From: an uncultured delta proteobacterium
GTDB taxonomy: Bacteria > Myxococcota > B64-G9
DNA: 64,000 bases
Direction of reading: 5' to 3'
Assembly (NCBI GenBank): GCA_963754925.1
Contig: CAVWHX010000003.1
Span: forward strand, 128,001 to 192,000
The position numbers were made by a program, and so were the translations under genes. The notes beneath the pieces are model-generated. The model searched no databases. It was not told the origin of the DNA and saw nothing but the letters and a program-made list of their open reading frames with translations. Of this stretch, positions 40,129 to 50,158 are shown piece after piece. Position 1 is the stretch's first letter; the number at the start of each line of letters is the position of its first letter.

Positions 40129-40403
40129 GTGGCCGATCACTCATCAGCGTTGAAGCGTTCCCGGCAAAATCAAAAAAGAAAAGTAAGAAACACTATCCTG
40201 CGCTCGAAGGTACGCACCGCTGAACGCAAGTTGCGCGAAGCTATCACCAACAACGATGCCCAAAAGATTAACCAAACCTCCTGACGGCTGTCGCGGAGAT
40301 TTCACGCGCTCGTAGTAAAAACATTCTTCACAAACGGACGGCACAGCGCAAAATTGCTCGGTTATCCCGCAAGGTCTACCTTATCTCCGCTAAAAAATCC
40401 TAG
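40129..40403 (+). CDS. rpsT: 30S ribosomal protein S20, frameshifted at 40274-40276 (absent from the ORF track)
   Basis: AGGAGG RBS and GTG start give MADHSSALKRSRQNQKRKVRN...RSKVRT. After the shift: ISRARSKNILHKRTAQRKIARL. Convergent with holA as is usual. Confidence 0.93.
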
Positions 40404-40415
40404 ATTAAAAAACCG

Positions 40416-41462
40416 CTAGTTTGCTCTGCACAAATCCATGATTGCGCGTTCGAGTAGCAAGGTATCTGAAAGCCGGCTACGTTTGATGCTCCAATCAAGC
40501 TCGGCCAATAGGGTAAGATGGTGCGCAAGTTGCTGGGGTGAAAAACGTTTGCTTTGTTGCAGACACTTCTGAACGACAAACGGATGTAAGCCAAGTTCTG
40601 CCCGCAGCTCCTCAATACTGAGACCTCGCGCAAAGAGCGCCTGAACGCGCGCGAGGTTGCGAACGTGCCGGGCTAGATGCCCCAGAAGCGCTAGCACCGC
40701 TTCGCCATCGCGCAACATTCGCTGCAGAATGGCAAGCGCTGGGTCAAGCCGACCTTCGGCCACCGCATCGACAAGCGCAAAAACCGATTCACTGCGGCTG
40801 TCCGTCACTACCTGAGCAACGTCCGCCGCCGATATCTCGGCAGGTCCTCCTTTTTTATAGAGCGAGAGCTTTTCCACCGCTTGAATGAGTAAACCCAAGT
40901 CTTCACCCACCGCCTCCACCAGCGCATAGAGGGCGTCGTGTTGCGCTCGCAGTTGATTCTCTCTCAATAGGTCCTCGGCGATTCGAGGCAGTTCGCGCAG
41001 ACGCGGACGCGGACATTCCACCACCACCCCGCCGGTAGCGGCGATCGCCTTGGCAAAGAGCTTAGCCGCTTTGGCGGACTTGGCCTGACGCGGGTCCTTA
41101 CTCTCGGCGCCGCCGCCGCGCACCACCAGAACCAAGGTGGCCGCTTCAACGGCGGCCTTCATATAGGCAACGATGTCTTTTTGCGCTTCGGTTCCAAGTT
41201 CCTGGGCGTCGCGCACCACCACCAAACGACGTCCGCCAAACAGCGAGACGGTGCGAACGGCACTCTCGATCTCAGCCGCCGAGGTGTTTCGGCCTTCGAA
41301 ACGGGTGAAGGCGAAATCACGGGAACGTTGGCCTGAAAGCACCGTTTCGCTGATCGCCGCCAGGGCGCGATCAATCAAGGCGTCCTCGTCTCCAGCAATG
41401 AGATATACCGGCGCAACATCTTTCTTGAGTCCCTTGATGAGTTGGGCGGTATTCATGACCAT
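40416..41462 (-). CDS. holA: DNA polymerase III delta subunit
   Basis: PVYLIAGDE, SLFGGRRLVVV, EKLSLY, VFALVDA, HPFVVQK; leuS-lptE-holA-rpsT synteny. Confidence 0.92.
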   Translation of the reverse strand: MVMNTAQLIKGLKKDVAPVYLIAGDEDALIDRALAAISETVLSGQRSRDFAFTRFEGRNTSAAEIESAVRTVSLFGGRRLVVVRDAQELGTEAQKDIVAYMKAAVEAATLVLVVRGGGAESKDPRQAKSAKAAKLFAKAIAATGGVVVECPRPRLRELPRIAEDLLRENQLRAQHDALYALVEAVGEDLGLLIQAVEKLSLYKKGGPAEISAADVAQVVTDSRSESVFALVDAVAEGRLDPALAILQRMLRDGEAVLALLGHLARHVRNLARVQALFARGLSIEELRAELGLHPFVVQKCLQQSKRFSPQQLAHHLTLLAELDWSIKRSRLSDTLLLERAIMDLCRAN

Positions 41463-41677
41463 TCGTTACACCTCTACTTAGAACCATGTCATTAAAACAC
41501 ACGAACCGAATAAATACCTTAATTACCTGAGGAATGTGAGAGATGTTTTAATGGTGCGAGAATTGGTAGTTCCGCGCGCGGGACTTGGGATTTTGGTACT
41601 GCGTTTCTAGTTGTCTTTCCAGGGGATTAGAAATGCGGACGTGTTTTTATATGGAATATCGAAGGTGAACAGTGCTC

Positions 41678-42238
41678 TTAGACGTCCCAACTAACCATTA
41701 TTTCTGCATATTCTTTACCCGCAGCAATCGGAGTAGTGAACTCAACCGTAACGTTTTTCGCCCCATACATCTGAGCCGCTTTGTGATAAAACCCAAAAAG
41801 AACATGTTCAAAAATAGCGTGTTTTATGTCAAATCCAACGTATTTTACCTTACCCTTACGTGGAGCAACCATCGAAGATTCGATTACTATGCCTTTAAGG
41901 TATATGGTATGCAATGCAGCCATTTTTTCCACCAGGAATTCCGGAGAACCTTTTTTCACGAAAGCCGAGTAAATACCTCGGAGCTGTTTCTCTGTTGACT
42001 TCTCCGATCCTTTGATCAGTCCCTTTGGATTTCCGTTGAGTTTTTCGCGCATCAGCAGATCAAGGAATTGTATATATACATCAAAAGGATACCATCCCGA
42101 AGTTGAGATCGGGTTCTGAAACAGTTTTTTTCCTTCCTCGTTGAGCAAATTAACGAGCCGATTATATTCGTTTTGCCCGAGAGCCTCTGCTGTAGTCTCG
42201 ATGGCTCCTTTTATCACACTGCCCTTTATCCGTATCAT
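41678..42238 (-). CDS. Hypothetical protein resembling the DUF2378/TIGR02265 family
   Basis: N-terminal IKG motif, GWYP, C-terminal VSW, 186 aa. Visibly AT-richer than its neighbours. Confidence 0.55.
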   Translation of the reverse strand: MIRIKGSVIKGAIETTAEALGQNEYNRLVNLLNEEGKKLFQNPISTSGWYPFDVYIQFLDLLMREKLNGNPKGLIKGSEKSTEKQLRGIYSAFVKKGSPEFLVEKMAALHTIYLKGIVIESSMVAPRKGKVKYVGFDIKHAIFEHVLFGFYHKAAQMYGAKNVTVEFTTPIAAGKEYAEIMVSWDV

Positions 42239-42507
42239 ATTTTCCCCCTGGTCATTGGTAGGTATTATTGTTAATGCTCTTTATAATAACTCACTACATC
42301 GACCTGGGCACTTCACCTAGAACCTGTGTGACTGACAGCCAGTCACCTATGAATAATGATATGATGATACTATTTTGATGTACAGTTTCCTGGAACAACT
42401 TTTTTAACCTCAGGCAGTCCGGACAAGTCTGCAGGCTTGGGTTCAATTATCAGAGATTTTCACGGTTAGTTTCGAAAACAGCAATCAGATCCGTGATGCG
42501 TTTCACT

Positions 42508-43065
42508 TTAGAACTTTCGTGTCAAGGCATCGATTCCGCGGTCTGCAAGACGACGGAGCGCCGTGCGCAGGGCAAGTACGCGATTGGCTTCGCTATCGCG
42601 CAGGTCGGTACCCGACAGGTAGCTCACGACTTCAACCAGCACACGTTCCCACCGTGCGCGCTGGGGCTCATCCAGCCGCAGCTTCACTTGCACAATGATC
42701 TGCACTTCGCGCGACCTGAATTGCCCCTCGAGCAATGCCACCCCCCGTGGCACCACGATAATTGATACAATGGTTCCCTGTAGCTGCGTGGCCTCCCCGC
42801 TGACTGTCAGACCGGCACGCCAGGCTGCATCTCGTAAAGCGGCAGTGAACGTCGTACTCGCTTCCACCTCGGGTGTGCGATTGTCAACGACTGGAATCGC
42901 CACGCTGGTTCCGCCAGCGGGCAGGTGGCCGTTCCCCATGGTAAAGTGATAGCCACAGGCTGGGGTGCACAAAACGAGCGCCAAAACGACTGCTACCCAA
43001 CGACGATGTTCACCAACCGGTTTGGCACCACGATCACCCGACGAATGTTCTTGCCAGCCAACCAT
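42508..43065 (-). CDS. lptE: LPS assembly lipoprotein LptE
   Basis: Lipobox-like PACGYH, SVAIPVVDNRT; directly downstream of leuS. Start uncertain. Confidence 0.75.
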   Translation of the reverse strand: MVGWQEHSSGDRGAKPVGEHRRWVAVVLALVLCTPACGYHFTMGNGHLPAGGTSVAIPVVDNRTPEVEASTTFTAALRDAAWRAGLTVSGEATQLQGTIVSIIVVPRGVALLEGQFRSREVQIIVQVKLRLDEPQRARWERVLVEVVSYLSGTDLRDSEANRVLALRTALRRLADRGIDALTRKF

Positions 43066-45629
43066 TTAGCCACCCTTTCGTCGGTTCGCGCAAGTCGCTC
43101 AAGCTCCTCCTGGGTTGAATCGCGAGCCGCCTGGAGCGTTGCGCGCACCTTCCCATTAACCTGTACCGCAATGGTCACCTGATCTTCAATGGTCGCGGCT
43201 TTATTAAACTCAGGCCAGGGTTGGGAGCATGCGCGACCCGGCAAGCCCATGACCTTCCAAAGCTCTTCGGCCATGTGGGGGGCGAACGGTGACAATAACA
43301 GCGTTAAGGTTCTCAGGGTAAACCCTAGTAAGCGCACCTGCTCGGTTTCTACCGGATTGCTGACGGCCGGCGCGCCCGTCGCCGGTATATCGTCAAGCAT
43401 CTTGGTGCCGTTGAGCAGTTCCATCAGCGCCGCTATGGCTGTGTTGAACTGAAACTCGTGCTCGATATCTCTTCCGACGCGTTGGATCGTCCGATGGATC
43501 AGCCGGTGTAAACCCACGAATTCGGGAGAGAGCACATCTTCATTAACTGGCCCGGTAAGATTCCGCATTAATGCAAAGCGTTCCTGGTGGCGGGCAAACA
43601 ATGTCCATACGCGCCGCAAGAAATTGAAGCAGCCGGCCACGCCGGCGTCGCTCCAGTTGATATCGACCTCGGGCGGCGCTGCAAACAGGCAAAACAATCG
43701 GGCGGTGTCCGCCCCGTACCGATCGAACATGCTGTCGGGCGAGACGCCGTTGAGCTTCGTTTTTGACATCTTTTCGATCCGCACCATGACTATCCGGCCG
43801 CACTCGGTACAAGTCGGCTCTTTTGAATCAAGCCCGTTAACGCCCGCGGGAGCGCGGTAACCATGTGTTTCACACCAGTAGCTCTCGCGCACCACCATCC
43901 CCTGGGTGACCAACCGATCGACCGGTTCATCCACACCGACCAATCCCAGGTCGCGCATTACCTTCGTCCAAAACCGAAAATAGAGAAGATGCATGACCGC
44001 GTGCTCGGGACCGCCCACATAGATATCCACTGGCAAATACCGATCGGCCGAAAACCGTCGGAAGGGCACGGTGGTCTCCTGCGGATCAAGATAGCGGGCA
44101 AAGTACCAGGATGAGTCTACAAACGTATCCATGGTGTCGGTATCGCGTTTGGCCGGCCCGCCGCAGCGGGGGCAGGTGGTGTTAACGAATTCGGGAACCT
44201 TGGCCAGCGGCGCCTCGCCCGTGCCGGTCAGCGGAGCGTCGGGCGGCAATAGCACGGGCAGTTGCTCGTACGGCACTGGCACCACCCCGCAGCGTTCGCA
44301 ATGCAGTATCGGAATGGGGGTTCCCCAGTACCGTTGGCGCGAAATTCCCCAATCCCGCAGGTGATAGTTTACCGTCGGTCCGCCGAGGTGTTGCTCTGCA
44401 GCCTGCGCCCCAATATCGGTGCGAGCCTGCGCCGAGGTTTTGCCGGTGTGTGGTCCGGAATCGATCAACACGCCATCGTCGACGTAGGCCTCGCTCAGAA
44501 TCACCGTGGTCAGCGTGCGGCCCTCCTCCAGCGGTGGTTGAATCACCACGCGAATGGGGATGTTGTACTTCTTGGCGAAATCGAAATCGCGCTGATCGTG
44601 CGCCGGAACGCTCATAACCGCGCCGGTGCCGTAATCAGCCAGGACAAAGTTAGCGATCCACAGGGGAATACGTTCATGCGTAAAGGGGTTGACAACCAAG
44701 GAACCGGTCCAAACGCCCTCTTTTTCAGTCGCCGCGTCGGTACGGACCGCTTTATCCACCCGCGACACCCGTTGAACAAACTCCTCGACCACAACCCGCT
44801 GGGCGTCGGTGGTTAGCCTTTGCACCGCCGGGTGCTCGGGCGCCAACACCATGTAGGTGGCGCCGTAAATGGTATCGGCCCGGGTCGTAAAAACCTGCAG
44901 CGGCTCGGTCTTCCCGCCGACAACCGGAAACACCAGATGACACCCTTCCGATCTGCCAATCCAGTTACGCTGCATGGTAACCACGCGCTCAGGCCAGTGC
45001 GTAAGCTTGTCGAGATCCGCAAGCAGCTCCTCGGCATAGCGGGTGATACGCAAGGCCCAATCAGGGATCTCGCGTTGCACCACGAGCGACTGGCACCTCT
45101 CGCAATGTCCGTCTATCACTTGCTCGTGCGCCAGGGTGGTCTTGCAGCCCGTGCACCAGTTGGTCAAGCTCTTGCGCCGATAGACCAGATCGCGCTCGAG
45201 CATCTTAAGGAAGAACCATTGGTTCCATCGGTAGTAATCGGGCTCGCTAGTGATCACTTCGCGCTGCCAATCATAGGACAGCCCCAACCGTTTCATCTGG
45301 CGCCGCACATTATCGATGTTGGCCATGGTGCGCACCCGCGGGTGGATCTTGTCACGAATAGCGGCGTTCTCGGCCGGTAACCCGTACGAGTCGAACCCCA
45401 TCGGATGGAAGACGTCGTACCCTTTCATGCGATAGTAGCGCGCCAGCAAATCGCCAATGACGTAGACCCGGACGTGTCCCATATGCAGATTTCCGGACGG
45501 GTACGGGAACATCTCGAGGACGTAGAACTTCTTCTTCGTTAACTCACGGCCGGCTCGATAAAGAGTTTCTTGTTCCCAGAGTTGCTGCCACGCAGGCTCG
45601 ATTAATTTCGGATGATACTTCTCTTCCAT
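42993..45629 (-). CDS. leuS: Leucine--tRNA ligase
   Basis: MFPYPSGNLHMGH (HIGH), YGTGAVMSVPAHD editing domain, KMSKT (KMSKS). Confidence 0.98.
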   Translation of the reverse strand: MEEKYHPKLIEPAWQQLWEQETLYRAGRELTKKKFYVLEMFPYPSGNLHMGHVRVYVIGDLLARYYRMKGYDVFHPMGFDSYGLPAENAAIRDKIHPRVRTMANIDNVRRQMKRLGLSYDWQREVITSEPDYYRWNQWFFLKMLERDLVYRRKSLTNWCTGCKTTLAHEQVIDGHCERCQSLVVQREIPDWALRITRYAEELLADLDKLTHWPERVVTMQRNWIGRSEGCHLVFPVVGGKTEPLQVFTTRADTIYGATYMVLAPEHPAVQRLTTDAQRVVVEEFVQRVSRVDKAVRTDAATEKEGVWTGSLVVNPFTHERIPLWIANFVLADYGTGAVMSVPAHDQRDFDFAKKYNIPIRVVIQPPLEEGRTLTTVILSEAYVDDGVLIDSGPHTGKTSAQARTDIGAQAAEQHLGGPTVNYHLRDWGISRQRYWGTPIPILHCERCGVVPVPYEQLPVLLPPDAPLTGTGEAPLAKVPEFVNTTCPRCGGPAKRDTDTMDTFVDSSWYFARYLDPQETTVPFRRFSADRYLPVDIYVGGPEHAVMHLLYFRFWTKVMRDLGLVGVDEPVDRLVTQGMVVRESYWCETHGYRAPAGVNGLDSKEPTCTECGRIVMVRIEKMSKTKLNGVSPDSMFDRYGADTARLFCLFAAPPEVDINWSDAGVAGCFNFLRRVWTLFARHQERFALMRNLTGPVNEDVLSPEFVGLHRLIHRTIQRVGRDIEHEFQFNTAIAALMELLNGTKMLDDIPATGAPAVSNPVETEQVRLLGFTLRTLTLLLSPFAPHMAEELWKVMGLPGRACSQPWPEFNKAATIEDQVTIAVQVNGKVRATLQAARDSTQEELERLARTDERVAKWLAGKNIRRVIVVPNRLVNIVVG

Positions 45630-45724
45630 AATAGTTCCCCAGGTGAATTACCAGGTGTGTTTAGCACGTCAGATGGGTGCCGGCAAGTGCCATGAGTTCT
45701 GATGAATCGATGAGATGCTAAATC

Positions 45725-47416
45725 TCACGTCGTCCGTTTTCGGCTTACCGAACGCTTCGTCCCGGTGCGCGATGAGGAGCGTCGACGCAGGAGCTCGGCC
45801 ACTTCGGACTGTCCGTAGGCTTCGGCCACATCGAGCACCGTCTGGCCATACATATCTCGCGCGTCAACCTCCGCGCCAACCGATAGAAAGTATTCGACCA
45901 AATCGCGCCTACCCTCGGCCGCAGCGATATGCAACGGCGTTTTTCCCCGGGCATCCGCGCTCGCCAATCTCGCTCCCGCAGCCAAGAGCAGTTCAGCCGC
46001 CTTACGATGTCCAACCAATGCCGCAGCATGTAACGGATTGAAGCCATCGGCTTCCTCCGGGGTGATTCCCGTCAGGTGGCGCAAGAGGCACTCCACGACG
46101 TGACGATGTCCAACAGCAGCCGCCTGATCCAACGGCGTGGCACCGTCCTTGTCGCGAACCGTGGCGTCCGCTCCATGCTGCAACAACCGCGCGACCACCT
46201 GGTCATGGCCCAACACCGCGGCGACATGCAAACACGTTAGTCCACGGTCGTCGGCCAGTCCCACCTGCGCACCGCACCCGAGCAGCAGTTCAATCAAACC
46301 CAAATGGCCCCCATCGGCAGCCCGGAACAGGGGGGTTGCGCCCTCCTCGCCCCGGGCATTGACATCGGCCCGGTGACCGATCAAGAGCTCAGCTATTTCG
46401 CAAAAACCCCGCTGCGTAGCGGTATGGAGGGCTGTTTCACCGAAACGATCCCGGCTCTCAACCCTGGCTGCGACTGCGAGCAATAGTCGTACAACCGCAA
46501 TTCTGCCCCGATCGGCCGCCCGGTGGAGCGGTGTTTCCTGGTTGTCCCCCGGAAGATTAGAATCCGCCCCGGCAGTAAGCAACCGCTCCACAACCTCGGT
46601 ATGTCCGGTAGCGATCGCCAGATGGAGCGGCGTCTCGCCCTGGTGGTCGCGTGCATCAACAACGGCGCCACATCGTATCAGAAGATCGACAACCTCCTGT
46701 TGCCCGGCTGCTGCGGCTCGGTGCAGCGGCGTTACACCCCATACATCGCTTGATTGCGGAGAAGCCCCGCTTTGCAACAACCGCTCGACATACTCACGTT
46801 CACCCTTGCTGGCCATTAATCGAAGAATATAGCTAAGGGTCTCACTACTCGGTGTTCGCTCGAAGGCCTTAACTATCAACAATACCTGCAAGGCGCGGCC
46901 GACAAGTTTGCTATCGAGCCGGGCCTCAAGACCAATCTCACGGGCGAGCCAGCGGGCCGTATCCTCATACACTCCCTCGCTGAAGGGCGGCTCTTTCTCC
47001 ACAGGCAGCTTGCTCCCCCCCTTGCCGGCAGCCACCGCGGCAAGCGCTTTGACGGCAGCCGTATCGAACATTCTGACAAAATCCACGGTACCGGGAAAAA
47101 CCGGCGAACCGACCGATACGCCCAGCTGGTGCATGGTGGCCATCACCCACCGTCTCCGAACTGGTCCGTAATTAATCGGCAGGTACCGTTTACCGTTAAA
47201 CTCAACGACAATACTGCCGAGCCGCACCGCTCCACCCTTACAGTCGAGCGCATGAATAAGATCGGCTTTTTCACGCTCCGACAGTCGCGATGACGCCGTG
47301 AGTTGCTCGCGCGAAAACCCGCGCGGATATTCCTCTATGAGGATTTTGCCCATCCGCTGCGATAGCTCGGTAATTTCGTGGTCGTCCTCAAGGATATATT
47401 CCCAATTCATGGCCAA
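45725..47416 (-). CDS. Ankyrin-repeat protein (about 11 repeats) with an unrecognised N-terminal domain
   Basis: Repeated G.TPLH.AA..G...VV.LLL..GA units from about residue 195 onward. Confidence 0.9.
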   Translation of the reverse strand: MAMNWEYILEDDHEITELSQRMGKILIEEYPRGFSREQLTASSRLSEREKADLIHALDCKGGAVRLGSIVVEFNGKRYLPINYGPVRRRWVMATMHQLGVSVGSPVFPGTVDFVRMFDTAAVKALAAVAAGKGGSKLPVEKEPPFSEGVYEDTARWLAREIGLEARLDSKLVGRALQVLLIVKAFERTPSSETLSYILRLMASKGEREYVERLLQSGASPQSSDVWGVTPLHRAAAAGQQEVVDLLIRCGAVVDARDHQGETPLHLAIATGHTEVVERLLTAGADSNLPGDNQETPLHRAADRGRIAVVRLLLAVAARVESRDRFGETALHTATQRGFCEIAELLIGHRADVNARGEEGATPLFRAADGGHLGLIELLLGCGAQVGLADDRGLTCLHVAAVLGHDQVVARLLQHGADATVRDKDGATPLDQAAAVGHRHVVECLLRHLTGITPEEADGFNPLHAAALVGHRKAAELLLAAGARLASADARGKTPLHIAAAEGRRDLVEYFLSVGAEVDARDMYGQTVLDVAEAYGQSEVAELLRRRSSSRTGTKRSVSRKRTT

Positions 47417-47746
47417 TTATCCACCCGCAACCAAGCACATCGAGTCACCAACCACCTGTGACTGCCCCATCTATGGGGAGTACGGCGGCAAGTCTAACCA
47501 ACATCCCGATTGAAACGCAATACGGCACTGCAATCTAACGTAGTACCCAACTCCGGCATTGCTTTTGCCGGAAAAATATTCATATAACGTGAAAGGTCAT
47601 CATGTACCTCAGACGGATTTATCGATGGCGATACGTCATAGACACAACACAAATAATGATTAACGTGATTCGAGTTAGATTCTAAAGAGAATGCGCTTTA
47701 CCGTTGAATAAAAACAATTGTTTGACTTTGCAATGGGACTACTCCT

Positions 47747-49069
47747 ATGGACGCGATAATTCTCTCCCGAATACAGTTTGGCGTTGCCGCTGGTTTTCAT
47801 TTCATTTTCCCGCCACTTACTCTCGGTTTTAGCTTGTTTATACTGATATTCGAAACTTTTTATGTTGGATTCAACAATGACCGGTACAAGACTCTATCGT
47901 CATTTCTCGTTAAAATCCTTGCGGTTATTTTTGTTCTCGGCGCCGCCACCGGTATTGTATTGGAATTTTCCTTTGGCACCAATTGGGCGCAGTATTCTCG
48001 GCTTGTCGGCGATATATTTGGCGTGCCCTTGGCCGCCGAGGGAATTTTTTCGTTCTTTCTCGAAGCGGTTTTTTTGGGCTTACTGGTGTTTGGACGAGAC
48101 AAGGTATCCAAAAAGACCTATTGGCTGGCGGCGTTCCTGGTATTCTTTGGCGCGCATCTCTCAGGCCTATGGATTATTATAGCCAATTCATGGATGCAAA
48201 CGCCGGCCGGATACTCAATGGAAAACGGGCGCGCGCTGTTAACCGACTTTACGGCCGCGGTGTTCAATCCTTCAATGCTCAACCGATTCATTCATGTCAT
48301 TATAGCGGCTTGGATAACGGGCTCACTGGTCCTGGCCGGTATCGGCTCGTGGTACCTGCTCAAGAATCGACATGAAAACTTCTCAAAATCGCTTCTAAAA
48401 GTATCCCTGATTGTTTTTATCGCCACTTCGGTGTTGCAGTTCGCATCCGGCCATTCGAGTTCAGTTGAGGTGGCGAAAACACAACCAGAAAAACTTGCCG
48501 CGTACGAAGCTCTGTGGCAAACCACCGAGGGCGCGCCGCTCGCATTGTTCGGAATCCCCATCGAGAGCGAGCAAAAGACCTACCTCAACATTGCGATACC
48601 GAAACTCCTAAGTTTTCTAGTTAATTTCGATCCAAATTCAAAAATAGCCGGGCTCGATGAGTTTTCTCCCAACGAGCGACCGCCGGTGCTTCCGACGTAT
48701 GTACCCTACCATCTCATGACCGCGCTTGGCTCCCTCTTCTTGGCTATTGCACTTATAGGTGGCTTCTTACTCATTCGGAAGAGCCTCTACAAGACAAAAT
48801 GGTTTTTGTCGATTCTCGTCATTACCAGTCCGCTGCCACTTTTGGCGAACGAATTCGGCTGGATAGCGGCCGAGGTCGGCAGGCAACCTTGGGCGGTGTA
48901 CAAGGTTCTAAAAACCGCGGACGCCGTTTCAGTCGTGGTTCCGGCCTGGCAGGTACTGTTCACACTGATCATGTTTAGTCTCATTTTTCTGTTGCTCTTA
49001 GTTTTCTTCATTTATATTTTGATGAAGATTATCAATAAGGGACCGGATGAAATGAGCGGCGGATATTAG
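47747..49069 (+). CDS. cydA: Cytochrome bd ubiquinol oxidase subunit I
   Basis: FHFIFPP, FGTNW, ANSWMQTP, QPEKLAAYE, EVGRQPW. Confidence 0.96.
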   Translation: MDAIILSRIQFGVAAGFHFIFPPLTLGFSLFILIFETFYVGFNNDRYKTLSSFLVKILAVIFVLGAATGIVLEFSFGTNWAQYSRLVGDIFGVPLAAEGIFSFFLEAVFLGLLVFGRDKVSKKTYWLAAFLVFFGAHLSGLWIIIANSWMQTPAGYSMENGRALLTDFTAAVFNPSMLNRFIHVIIAAWITGSLVLAGIGSWYLLKNRHENFSKSLLKVSLIVFIATSVLQFASGHSSSVEVAKTQPEKLAAYEALWQTTEGAPLALFGIPIESEQKTYLNIAIPKLLSFLVNFDPNSKIAGLDEFSPNERPPVLPTYVPYHLMTALGSLFLAIALIGGFLLIRKSLYKTKWFLSILVITSPLPLLANEFGWIAAEVGRQPWAVYKVLKTADAVSVVVPAWQVLFTLIMFSLIFLLLLVFFIYILMKIINKGPDEMSGGY

Positions 49070-49103
49070 TAAGCGACCGCACGACCCATAGAGGATCTAG
49101 ACC

Positions 49104-50108
49104 ATGGATATGCTCTTTATCTTGCAGGTGGTTTGGTATTTCATCATCGGCGTGTTGTTCATCGGCTACTCATTACTGGATGGATTCGATTTGGGCATCG
49201 CGGCGCTGTCGCCGTTCCTCGCAAAAGATGATAATGACCGAAAAACTCTTTTTGGAATTATTTGGCCGTTTTGGGACGGCAATGAGGTATGGTTGGTTAC
49301 CGGCGGCGCCGCGCTCTTTGCGGCGTTTCCGTATGCCTATGCAACGGTATTCAGCGGATTCTATTTGGCGCTGATGCTGGTCCTTTTTGCGCTGATATTT
49401 CGGGCGGTTTCGATTGAGTTTTGGCACTACGATGAACAACGTCGAAACCTATGGAATGCCGCATTCGTGGTTGGAAGCGTTATCCCGTCACTTCTGTATG
49501 GCGTTGCGCTCGGCAATGTCGTTATTGGCATTCCTCTCAATAGCGCCACGAATTTTACGGGCAATTTTTTTACGCTTCTACGCCCCTACCCGCTTATCAT
49601 CGGCATACTTGGCCTGGCAGCGGTGCTTACACAGGGGTGCACGTATGCGGCTTTGAAATCAGAGGGAGCCCTTCGGGATCGAGCGCGCGTCATGACAAAA
49701 AGACTATGGTATATATTTATGGTTGTGTTTGCGATCGCGGTCATTGCCACCAAGATCTTCCTCCCGACTGCATTAGAAAGGCTTGCTTTCTGGATTTCAA
49801 TCCTTCTGGTTACTTTGTCGCTTGCGCTCAGTTGGATTAATTTCACCGTCATAAAAAACGATTATTTTTCGTTTATCCTGTCTTCGTTGACTTTTATCGG
49901 CTTATGGGCAATTGCCGGAGCCGTACATTTCCCCAATTTGGTTAGCGCGAGCAACGATCCCGCGCTAAGCCTCACCTTGAGCAATGCCTCATCCAGCGGG
50001 CCCACCCTGAAAGTCATGCTGGGTATCGCCGCTATTGGAATGCCGGTGGTTATCTTCTACACGGCTTTTGTTTATAGATCCTTGAGAAGAAAAGTCGGCT
50101 ACAACTAG
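49104..50108 (+). CDS. cydB: Cytochrome bd ubiquinol oxidase subunit II
   Basis: LDGFDLG, PFWDGNEVWL, FRAVSIEF. Confidence 0.96.
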   Translation: MDMLFILQVVWYFIIGVLFIGYSLLDGFDLGIAALSPFLAKDDNDRKTLFGIIWPFWDGNEVWLVTGGAALFAAFPYAYATVFSGFYLALMLVLFALIFRAVSIEFWHYDEQRRNLWNAAFVVGSVIPSLLYGVALGNVVIGIPLNSATNFTGNFFTLLRPYPLIIGILGLAAVLTQGCTYAALKSEGALRDRARVMTKRLWYIFMVVFAIAVIATKIFLPTALERLAFWISILLVTLSLALSWINFTVIKNDYFSFILSSLTFIGLWAIAGAVHFPNLVSASNDPALSLTLSNASSSGPTLKVMLGIAAIGMPVVIFYTAFVYRSLRRKVGYN

Positions 50109-50158
50109 TTACGATTTATTGGCGACCGGGCGGATAATTATTTTAGGAGGACCGAGAG

